Notes under the pieces: generated by a model
What the model saw: the letters and a program-made list of their open reading frames with translations, nothing else
Databases searched by the model: none
Told to the model about the DNA's origin: nothing
Shown here: one piece after another, positions 53,727 through 64,000 of the stretch
Position numbering within the stretch: position 1 is the stretch's first letter
Layout of the letters: the number at the start of each line of letters is the position of its first letter
Made by a program: the position numbers and the translations under genes
Origin: Eledone cirrhosa
Lineage: Eukaryota
Length of the DNA: 64,000 nt
Direction of reading: 5' to 3'
Assembly: GCA_964016885.1 (NCBI GenBank)
Contig: OZ024742.1
Location: 154,194,001-154,258,000 of the forward strand

Positions 53727-56700
53727 ATCTGTGGAGGATTTTCCAATCCCGGCCTATCAGAACTGGAGAGAGATTGTGACGATGAGGAGTGGGAAACGGT
53801 ATCAGGAAAAAAGAAAAAAAAAGAAACCAAAAAGAAAAAAATTCTGTTCCCTCCCCCTCCAAAAACAAAATACTGAGGGAAACAAATAAACTATCAAACA
53901 AAAAAGTTAGGACAGATATGCAACCATCCACACCAGCATCACCAACTCCATCACCACAAACACCAACACCATCACCATCATTAACCCCAACACCACCATC
54001 ACCAACACCACAAAAGTCCCCAAATAGCGAAACAAAAACAAACCCACAACAAACGCAAACAAAACAAAACAACCAGAACGATACACACTACACAACATTA
54101 AATTTGAACAACAACCAATTACACTACATCCAACACAACACCAGCATCACAGGAAAAGACTACACAACAACCCAAAATTTCACACCACCTCCACACATAC
54201 AAGTCACTCGCATCACACAGAAAACGTACATGACACTAAAACAAAAATTCCCCAAAGACATCGGAGACTTCCGACAAGCACACTCCAGGAGGATTTATAA
54301 GGACATCATTCCTGAGGAGGCCACAAGCAGTGAACAGGATGGAGAAATCGTCCTTCCTCTTCGAGAAGTAAGGTAAGTGCTCTTTCCCATCTTTTCCACT
54401 CTATTTCAACATGACCTCACTCAGAATAGGCAGCATAAATGCGCGTGGCTTGGGGTCGTCATGGAAGCAGGGCCATCTGCTCAACGGCCTTAGGTCACTA
54501 AACATAGATGTAGTGGCCAAGCGAGACCAGAATCTCCGAAGCACGGGCCTTCGCACCGATCTACGGCGGCTACGATGTGTACGCATCTCTCAGCCGTCCG
54601 GGATCGGGGGGAGTAGTTGCTATGCTTTTTCGGAGAGGTGTGGATCTTGCCATACGGGCCATATTCCTGGACCCTGAAGGTAAGTTGGTCGTGCTGGACG
54701 TGACCAGCGGAGACGGGCAAGCTTTCAGGTTAGTGGCCGTCTATGCCCCGACAGGAGCAGGGAGGCCTGATTTCTTCCGGCATCTGGAGACCTTTCTTGG
54801 AACGTCCCGCTCTTTAGTGTTAGTGGGCAACTGGAACGGGATCTTAGATGCACGCTGGGACTGTGTGGGATTAGTGTATAGGGGAGGAGGGTGCAAGAGA
54901 CTCACCAACCTGCTGAGGCGTTTTGACCTGTCTGACAGGTACTGATTGTATTTCCCGAATGTGCCAATGTGGAATTGGACAATTCGCATAAGGTCATCCA
55001 GATCATATCTAGATAGAGTATTTTGTAGGGAAATAGATAGGTCTAGTATAGGCTGTCCACAATTCAAGATAGTCAGCTACACGGACCACAAATTCGTGAT
55101 CTGTGTACTTGACGTAGATATGCTTCATAGACGAGGACCCGGCTACTGGAAGTTAAACGCGTCCTTACCAGCGCACCAAGGCCTGCAGAGACCGGATTAG
55201 CTAACTAGTTAAGCGGGCGTTGACGGGGGCCATCGTCAACAACAAGTGGTGGTTTGCTCTGAAAAGAGCAATTATAATAGAGTCCATTAGGTTTAGTAAG
55301 GCTTTAGCAATAAAGAAAAATAGAGCAGAGGGAGAATTAGTTAGAAAATTAGACGAGGCGCTTAACAAAGGCATCGCCGACGTACTTGCGGCGAAATTGG
55401 CCCTTGACCAATTCTTCAATGCAAAGCACGAAGGCTGCGTTGTCAGAGCTAGGGTGCGGGCTCTCAGACACGAGGAGACGAAAGCAGTTCAATGGGCCCG
55501 AGTGGCGGAGGCGCGTCGTGGCAACAAAGCCACGATACGGTCTTTGGTGGACCATTACGGGCGCATGCTACACGATCCCGGGCAAATGTGTGAAGCTTTT
55601 CAGCGACACTTCGCACAGCTGTTCAGGGGCAGCGGCGGGCCGGACCGAGGTATGGACATTAGTGTCTACCTCCACGGACTGCCGCGGCTCTCGGCCACTG
55701 AAGCGAAGTGTTGCAAAAAGCCGATAACAGCCGCTGAAGTACGGGAGGCATTGACTGGCTGCACAAGGGGTAAATCGCCTGATTTGGATGGTCTACCCTA
55801 TGAACTTTACGTACAGATGACAGACTTGTTCGGAGGCCTCTTGGCGGACGTCTACTGCAACTGGCAACAGAACGGGAGAACTCCCAGCTCTGTGAGCCGA
55901 GGAGCTATGGCGCTGCTGAGAAAGGATCCGAACAACGGGGGATAACATAGATAATTTCAGGTCCATAACTCTGCTAAACACAGAGTTCAAGATTTTGGCC
56001 AAGGTGCTAGCAAAGTGGTTGGCGCTTGTCATTGGTGGTCAGGTGGGAGAGGCGCAGACATGCGCCATTAGCGACAGATCCATCCACGACAACCTCCATC
56101 TCATGCGATACATCGTAGAGAGGGTAGCTAGGGTACCTGGCACGGGTGGGTCCTTGATCAATTTAAATAAGTCGAAGGCATTCGATAGGGTCGACCATCG
56201 TTACCTAGCGGCAGTCCTGAGGGCGGCTGGCTTTGGGCTCGTCTTCAGAGGCTGGATCGCTGCCATGCACAGCGACATCTGCTCTGTGGTGAGAGTGAAC
56301 AGTCACCTTTTGGAACCGTTCAACATCATGCGCTCGGTCCGCCAAGGATGTCCCCTCTCGTCCCTCCTGTACGTATTGACTCTCGAGCCATTACTGCACA
56401 AACTGGAGACGTTGATGTTGGTCCCGCTCGAACTAGAATCCGGAAGATCCGTGTCAGCATATGTGGACGATGTCACCGCAGTGGTGTCGATGGCCAAAGA
56501 TATCGAGGCGATCGGCACTACACTAAGAGCATACGAAGCGTTGACAGGAGCAATGATCAACCAGGAAAAGTCAGTGGGCCTGCAGCTCGGCACCTGGAGA
56601 GGCAGGTCCATGCCGTCCAACAGCGTCGTCGGACGCTGAACGGAGGGACCGGTTAAATTGCTAGGGGTCTGGTTCGCACTGGACCTCTAGACGGACAAAA

Positions 56701-58070
56701 ACTGGGACGAGGCTTCTCTCACCCAGAAATGGGCGGAGAGGACGCTTTCCTGAAAGATCGAGCGGAGGTGGCTAACGCGTACATTGAGTCCATCATCTAC
56801 TACCGCCTGACCGTCGTACCTTATCCTAAGCCCCGCCTGACTGCGCTGGAGCGTTTGCTCTGTCGCTTTTTGTGGAAGGGACGCGCTCCGATGGTCAGCC
56901 GGTCCATCTGCTGTCAACACCCGCTACGTGGAGGGCTGGGCATGCAGTGGCTGATGATGCGCAGACACGCGCTCAAGCTACGACATCTCCACCTCTTCCT
57001 CGATGGTGATCAGGTGTTGTCGCCGTTTGCTAGACACGTCTTTCTCCAGCTCGTCTCCTTGACGGAGCTGCAGTCCTGTGTCAAGCGAAGACCGAGAGTG
57101 AGCGCTTGGAGACTGAAATGTCTTCAGGCGCTCACAGCCCTCGACCAATCGAGCAATGTGATCGGTGGAAACTCCACCTTGGTGTTCTATAGAGGATTAG
57201 TGGAGGGGAAGAGCGACGACGTACTTGGAGAAACTCAAGGCGTCGACGAAAATGAACTAGCCAATCTCTTCGGAAGGACTTTCGGGTCGGGGCCTATGGA
57301 CAACTTCCAGAAATCCCTGGCCTGGCAGTGCCTCGAGGAGCTTTGCCAGTTCGGGATAAACTCTACAGGCATGGAGTTGCCGTCAGCCGGACATGTCCGC
57401 GATGCGCGCAGGGCGACGAAACCGTCCTGCATGCACTCGTCCAGTGTCCGAGCATTGCTGACTTGTGGGTTTATGTCGAACACCTGTGTCACGTGTAGGA
57501 CGGATCCAGCTATCAGCTGAGACCATAGCGAGGATTGCCCCGCCCTCTTCCTTTAGCCGGGAAGGGCAGGCAGTTTTTATCTGTCTGGTGGCCATGGTGA
57601 AAGAGATAGTATAGTGGACACGTTTGAAAGGGCTGAAGACGAGCACTGACCTCTTCAGTGATGCCCTGATTAACTTTTTCAAATTTCATTTGAAAAGGAA
57701 AATCAGGGTAGAGAGGGAAGTCCTCTCTTCCAAGCATTTATTTGAAAGATGGGTGACAGTGGCAAGTATGACCCGAGTGAATGAGCCTTCTCTGAGTATG
57801 TGTCTGTAAATTAAAGGTGGAAAACTGGGAGAGAGCACTTGCCCTGGTGGTCAGGGTCGCTGTGGCCTTTTAATGGGCTTTCTCCACAAATGTCCCTCGG
57901 AAGTCTCCCCCCTATTGGGGAATTTTTTATTGTTATTTTTTATTACATCCTCTGTTTTTTTTACACGCAGAAATGCCCATTTGTACCGTCCTGTATTGTC
58001 CTGCACTGTCCTTAATGTCTACTTTATGTAAACCCTTGTGGTTAATAAAGAAATCATTGTTATTATTATT
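53727..58070 (+). mobile_element. 5'-truncated Tx1/L1-clade LINE, same family as 17558-23437
   Basis: Aligns from about 19095 onward: ORF1 tail, APE, RT (YVDD), Zn finger, AATAAA at about 58044 and (ATT)n. Confidence 0.93.
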
Positions 58071-58075
58071 AGTAT

Positions 58076-58235
58076 AATACTAATAATAATTGTTTCTACT
58101 TTTGGCACAAGGTCAGCAAAACCCAGTGTATTACTGGTACTTTAATTTATGGGGTCGATAAAATAAAGTAACAGTAATACACTGGGTAATTGCTGGCATT
58201 GTGCCAAATGTAGAAACAATTATTATTAGTATTAT
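58076..58235. mobile_element. Inverted pair of SINE 3' tails
   Basis: tgtttctacttttggcacaagg..cccagtgtattactggtacttt is mirrored by aaagtaacagtaatacactggg..tgtgccaaatgtagaaaca. Confidence 0.8.
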
Positions 58236-58329
58236 TATTATTATTAGTACTTATTATTATTATTATTATTATTATTATCATCATCATTATCATCAGCATC
58301 ATCATCATCATCATCATTTTTAACGCCTT

Positions 58330-59060
58330 TACCCTGTTAAATGTTAAATGTTATGCCCGCACTATACCAAAAGAACGAGTCATAGCCAATAGCCCAAAGT
58401 CCTTTGGTTCATTCCTTCTGCTTCAACTTCCTAATACTCACCTTAAACTCCCTGCTGTTGTTAGCAAGGCTGTCTTCTTCAACAGTACTGTTCTGATGGT
58501 GATAACTAGCTTCACAAGCCATTCATCCAACATTTTACTAACTGCTACCAGTGCGCCAGCCACAGTCGGTACCTCTTCTATGTATCTATGTTTGATTTAC
58601 CTCTTCAGCTCCATGTATTGTTTAACTTTTTCACTTTCCTTCTCAGTCACTTTGTGAACCCACGGTGAAGCAATATTTCACAATACTTGTCTTGTTACTC
58701 TTGTTACACAACAACATCAGGTTTTTTAACCACGATAAAATGATCTTACGTTATCAGCTCTCAGCAATCCGTTCCGTTGGGTACTCATACCATTTCTCTC
58801 TTCTGCTCATGTCATACTTTTGACAGAGCTTCCAATTAAACAACCTATCTATGTTGTCGTGCCTTCTCTTGTAATCTTTCTCTGCAAGCATTTTACATTC
58901 ACTAATGGGATATATTGTTTCATCCTTCAAAGTGAGAAATTCACTAACCTCTATATTGAACTCCATTTAGTTTGTTCTCAGTGCTTGTTGCTTGGATGCA
59001 AAAATAAGGAATTCAAATATCTGAACGTTATTTTCATGTTCACGCCTACAAGCTTTTAAA
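58330..59060 (-). mobile_element. R4/Dong-like 3' fragment (Zn knuckle + RLE)
   Basis: ETIYPISECKMLAEKDYKRRHDNI..WKLCQKY..KWYEYP. Confidence 0.75.
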
Positions 59061-59064
59061 AACC

Positions 59065-59270
59065 GTTCTCCTCAAAAGTCGCCCTATTGGGGAATTTATT
59101 TTGTTTGTATTTTTACATCCTCTCCTTTTTTTGTTAAAAACACTTTTTAAATGCTAAATCCCACATTGTACAGTCATGTGTAATTATGTACCATCATCTG
59201 CCATTCTGTACCGTATTTTGTCGATCTTAATGTTTTCTTAACATGGATCCTGCATAGCTTATACTATTAT
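59065..59270 (+). mobile_element. Diverged Tx1 3' UTR fragment
   Basis: ccctattggggaattt..ttacatcctc matches 23247-23290. Confidence 0.6.
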
Positions 59271-60307
59271 TATTCGGTATTTATATATGCGTATCCAATA
59301 TCCATATTCCTATCATATCCCTATATAGCAGTGCAACAACAAGGCCTCATTTAAATCTTTGAATTCAGAAAAAAAGAATTAAAATAGTATTAAATAAAAT
59401 AATAAATGGATATACCCATATCCAACTTTATCAAACAGTGACAACTAGACCTTGTGACTTCAGTAAACTTGATGAGTAGATCAACATGTATTCCTGACAG
59501 TAAGTTGATATAAACAAAATGATGTCAGTTGAACTGAGGGGGCGAACGTACAGTAGAGGAAGTATAAATGTTATCTTCTAAACTTACAGTGTTGACAATA
59601 CAATTTCTACTCACACCTCTCATATCATTCTCAATACAGATTTATTCGTGAAATGTATACTTTTATTCTGTTATGTTTTTATTGATGTCATCCATCCTTC
59701 AGCTTGGCCATGTTGGGGCACCGCTTTCAAGTGCTTTAATCAATTATTTCGACTTCCAGTATATATTCTATTACTCATGTTATTGCTGTAAATGATAAAA
59801 TTATTATTTTATATGCGACGTCTCTTTACAGATGTTTTTGTCTCAAAGTAATAAATAACATTGATTTATAACGTTATCCGTTATAAAGTGATTGTTCGAT
59901 ATTGTGGTTACTACTTGTTAAATCTAATCGAGCTTGGGAGGAAATTGATCCCGGGATATCATGGTTTTGAACTGAAATTCTTAATCATCTTGAACTGAAA
60001 TTCTTAATGTTCCTGGAAACATTGTTTTATTGGTAAGTCTGGAGAAATGGGCAGTGTCCATAATGGCATATAATCCCGTTCCATAATATTTCCAATTATT
60101 TGAATTTCTGCAATGAGACATGACATAAATCAAATATACGTATATATGAGAAAACTGTATTTTTGCGTTCAGTTGCATTTATAGTGTGACTCCAGATCAG
60201 TTCTTGATGAAAAGGCGTATGAACAATGGACTTCTAGATATGGCATCCAATACCTTATGTTTAACTAGGAATAATGTTTGCAATTATTTCTCCCTTTATT
60301 AAGCTGA

Positions 60308-60520
60308 CGAGGGTGGTGAATTTGCAGAATTGTTAGAACGCCGGAAAAATGATTAGCATTAGTTTGTCCGGCTCTTTATATTCTAAGTTCAATTCCCACA
60401 GTGCATCACCTTACTTTTCATCTTTCCTGGTTCATTCAAATTAAATACCAGTTACGTAATATATCCGATATTCCACTCTCACAATTTGTTGAATTGTACC
60501 TAAGTTAGAAACCTTTTCAA
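60308..60520 (+). mobile_element. Old SINE
   Basis: ggtggtgaatttgcagaattgttagaacgccgg head and gttcaattccc box. Confidence 0.6.
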
Positions 60521-61453
60521 GTAACAGATGCATCGTACGTCATTGATGAGCTTAGATTGATCTGTGTCTATTGAATTTCAAAACTCAATTATGCCATATA
60601 ATTTCACACTCTCTACTTTGGTAAATATATGACTGTTAACATTGTAAGACTAGGATAATTATATGTTCCACTGTATAAAGGGAGGGATGATTTTCTGTAT
60701 ATATATAATTATTTGACTGAATTTTAGAAATGTAATTGGCAAAGTCAATCCCGATGAGATTTGTAGATTGAAGATCGGTAACATTTAGAGACTGAAACAC
60801 AATTAGATTGGCAAGATGTTGAAATGGTGATAACAGCTGCAGGTGACTTTTATAATATCCGGTTTGAGAGAAGCTCTACAAATATAAAGAAATGGTTTTC
60901 TCGACAATCGAGTGAAGCGCGAGTGTATTAGAATGTATATAATAATTTGAAACTCAACGCAAAAAAAAACGTCGTCATTTACGATCATTTTTTTTTACGA
61001 GCATTTTTTTTTTTTTACAATGAGTTTCAAATTATTCTATAAATTCTTCCAAATAATTTACACTGATAGATATTGCAATAGAAACTCACTCAAAACAAAC
61101 ACCTATGCATAGAATATGAAAATACACGATTGAAAATCTATGATTGAAAATGGAATAAGATGACCTTAGTTTGATGAACCGGATTACAAGACTGAGGATT
61201 AAACGTTTTAAAAATGATAACAAAAACTTTCGACTGCAAAGAAAGAAAACGACAACAAAAAGAAGGAGAGCAACAATGACGATGAACCAACAAAACAACT
61301 TATATATGTTTCATCAAAACAATATGTTCATGTTTGTTTCAACTTCTAGATATAGTAACAATTCCATCATCCAAACGTCTGGGGAAAACATAAAAATAAA
61401 TGATACGGACATTATGAATATTATCGTAGGGATGGTGCTCAGGGTTAAATAAT

Positions 61454-61638
61454 TGTTTCTACGTTAGGCACAAGGCCAGCAATTACCCAGTACATTACTG
61501 GTACTTTATTTTATCGACCCCGTAAGGATGAAAGGCAAAGTTAACCTCGGCTGGATTTGAACTCAGATCGTAAAGGGACGTAACTATGCTGGAAAGCATG
61601 GCGTCCGACCCTCTACTGATACTGCCAATCCACCACTC
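61454..61638 (-). mobile_element. tRNA-derived SINE
   Basis: Closely similar to 6815-6992. Confidence 0.87.
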
Positions 61639-62079
61639 TTTAATGTTTTCTAATTTAGGCACAAGACAACAAATATAGGAGAAAAGGATTTCGAGTATAT
61701 CGACCCAAGTGCTTTTAACTCAGGATTGCACACATTTTTCCAGTTAACCTTCGATCGAACCCATGTTCCTCCTAATCAAGCGGATATAATTATGTAGGTA
61801 GCCAGAAATCTCATCGGGATTCACCCGGGAACTCGTGCTTCAATTTACGCGACACTTTTTTTTATTTCATTTATATTCCCATTTCATCGACAACTTCCTT
61901 TCAAAGTATTTTCCCATTATGCGCTCTTTGGGCTGTATTACACTACAGACAATCAAGCAAGTAAGAAATCACTACACCACACGTTCATTTAAAAAAAAAG
62001 ATTTAAATCATGTTCACTTAAAAATAATTAAAATATATACGGACAAGTATATAATGTTAAATGAAACTGCCCCCCCCCC

Positions 62080-62119
<40 letters not shown>

Positions 62120-62186
62120 CAAGGTTTAACAAATAAGAAAAAGTTTCAAAATAAATTTCAAAAAAATCACTGTACTTACTATTGTT

Positions 62187-62273
62187 ACCTTTACTGAATC
62201 GGTTTCGAGCCTCAAAAATAAATGGACAATCATTGCGGCCTTCCATTGAAAAGATAAACTCTCGTCAGAAGGT
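62187..62273 (-). ncRNA. Hammerhead ribozyme, tandem twin with a stem III mismatch
   Basis: ACCUU-CUGACGA-gaguuu..aggcuc-GAAA-ccg auu cag-UA-AAGGU. Confidence 0.75.
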
Positions 62274-62670
62274 TCTTTTCACTTGGAGAATATAAAATTC
62301 CCGAGTTAAAATTACGAACTGGCGCTATTCAAAATTGTTCCCGATTTGAGAATGAATGATGTGGAAGCAATTCTGTCCAGTGCCGGGTGTAAAGATGGAA
62401 GCAGAGCCAGGGAGGTCAGTCTACTACCTCTATAAATAGCAGTAGTCAAAACGACCAAATTTTATCTCGACCAAAAGACGAATAATAATAATAAAGTATA
62501 TATCCTACACGCAAAAAGCGTATAGGGTCACATGTATTGTCCAAACATATGCCAATGTGGTCCAATGGCAGGTTAATAAATTAACGAGCCACAACATATA
62601 TAATCAAGGTTTAGCAAATAAGAAAAAGTTTCAAAATAAATTTCAAAAATTCACTGTACTTACTATTATT

Positions 62671-62757
62671 ACCTTTACCGAAACGGTTTCGAGTCTCCAA
62701 AATAAATGGACACTCCTTGCGGCCTTCCATTGAACAGATAAACTCTCGTCAGAAGGT
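62671..62757 (-). ncRNA. Canonical type I hammerhead ribozyme
   Basis: ACCUU-CUGACGA-gaguuu..aaugga..uccauu..agacuc-GAAA-ccg uuu cgg-UA-AAGGU. All three stems pair. Confidence 0.88.
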
Positions 62758-63029
62758 TCTTTTCACTCGGAGAATATAACATTCCCGAGTTCAAATTACG
62801 AACTGGCGCTATTCAAAATTGTTCCGGAGATGAGAATGAATGATGTGGAAGCAAATTTGTCCTGTGCCGTGTGTAAAGATAGAAGCAGAAGCAGGGAGTT
62901 CAGTCTACTACCACTATAAATAGCAGCAGTCAAAACGACCAAATTTTATCTCGAGCAAGAGGAGGTTAATAATAATAAAGTTATATATATCCCTACACGC
63001 AAAAAGCGTATATATATATATATATAAAT

Positions 63030-63260
63030 ATTCGTTCACGATTTCACCGAATTTAAATTCATAGAAATCTGGGACTTGTCTCTTTCTTCCTCACTTTCTG
63101 TTGCTTCACCATTTTGTTTGTTTACCCTCGCGTCCCCTTTATTTACGTGTCCCAACGTCTTTTTTTAGCCGTTGCTCGCACCAACCGGAGGTATATGTTC
63201 TTTAAAGTGATGAAATGCCTATGATGGTTGGAAGATCACTGATGAAGGACAAACCTTTTT

Positions 63261-63262
<2 letters not shown>
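63030..63262 (+). mobile_element. Family A copy 3, truncated
   Basis: Matches 24558-24790, flanked by (TA)n. Confidence 0.82.
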
Positions 63263-63325
<63 letters not shown>

Positions 63326-63849
63326 TATATGTAAGGCTGCATCACTGCTAACCAACTATTCATTTCACAGACTCATGCTTGCAAACTCTCTTGATCTGCC
63401 TGTACATCCTCTTTTTGCTGCTTGTGCTTTGATGCATATATGCTTTGCTTTGTCTTATATTTTAGGGGGTTTTCCGGGCCTTTTGTTCCTATATTGTTTT
63501 CTATTTTTTAATTTATCTCTTTTCTTATCTCTGTATTTTTGTACATTCTTATTATTTTTTTTATTATTGTTTATTGTTTCTGATCATGCTGAGTAATACC
63601 CTCACTCATCCTTTGCTACCCTCTCCCAACCTCTTTATCAACTATTGCACCATTTAAGTGATACATTTTTGGTGTAATTTTTAATTTATTTTTTTTTTAT
63701 TTTTAAGATATTTGATGACATTATGTGCATCATTTATTCTGTCTTTTTCCATATAGCGCTGGCCTCGGGACGCCCCTGCTGGTCCTTTAACCTTGTTCTG
63801 GTAACGCAGCTCGATGGATCATGCAACTACTGATATACTCATGTTTATA

Positions 63850-63896
63850 GGCTCTGATTATTCCTGCCATAGTGTATGGATGAAACAGAGTTAGCT
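63850..63896 (+). ncRNA. Hammerhead-like motif with core change G8U, followed by AATAAA
   Basis: ggct-CTGATTA-ttcc..ggat-GAAA-caga g-TT-agct-aataaa, at the end of a T-rich element (about 63330-63945) between (TA)n tracts. Confidence 0.5.
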
Positions 63897-63944
63897 AATA
63901 AAACAATGTATTTCTAAGCACTCTTAGGTTATTCCTATAACTAC

Positions 63945-63991
<47 letters not shown>

Positions 63992-64000
63992 ATTGCTGGC

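Larger units (their letters stand above)
62117..63010 (-). mobile_element. Tandem dimer of a 484 bp non-coding unit, one hammerhead per unit (retrozyme-like)
   Basis: 62117-62523 is repeated at about 62601-63010. Bounded by (TA)n on both sides. Confidence 0.85.

Noticed and set aside
59981-60178. Possible host coding exon
   Set aside because: An acceptor-like site is present, but there is no recognisable protein and no clear donor.

Overview
AT-rich, repeat-saturated eukaryotic DNA with no recognisable intact host gene. The SINE types and dense (TA)n/(CA)n/(GA)n tracts suggest a cephalopod (Octopus-like) intron or intergenic region; this is inference. Decayed mobile elements fill the window: several Penelope-like elements (PLEs; RT + GIY-YIG), two long Tx1/L1-type LINE copies, R4/Dong-like, RTE and CRE-like fragments, a Helitron Pif1 remnant and about ten tRNA-derived SINEs. 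The most notable signal is not in the ORF track. About a dozen short non-coding elements sit in or beside (TA)n tracts, fold as palindromes or tandem repeats, and carry hammerhead ribozyme (HHR) cores (CUGANGA...GAAA...UH), often followed by AATAAA. They include a tandem dimer with HHR cleavage sites 484 nt apart (retrozyme/circRNA candidate) and spacer-less palindromes with an HHR on each strand. All folds and alignments were done by eye and boundaries are approximate.
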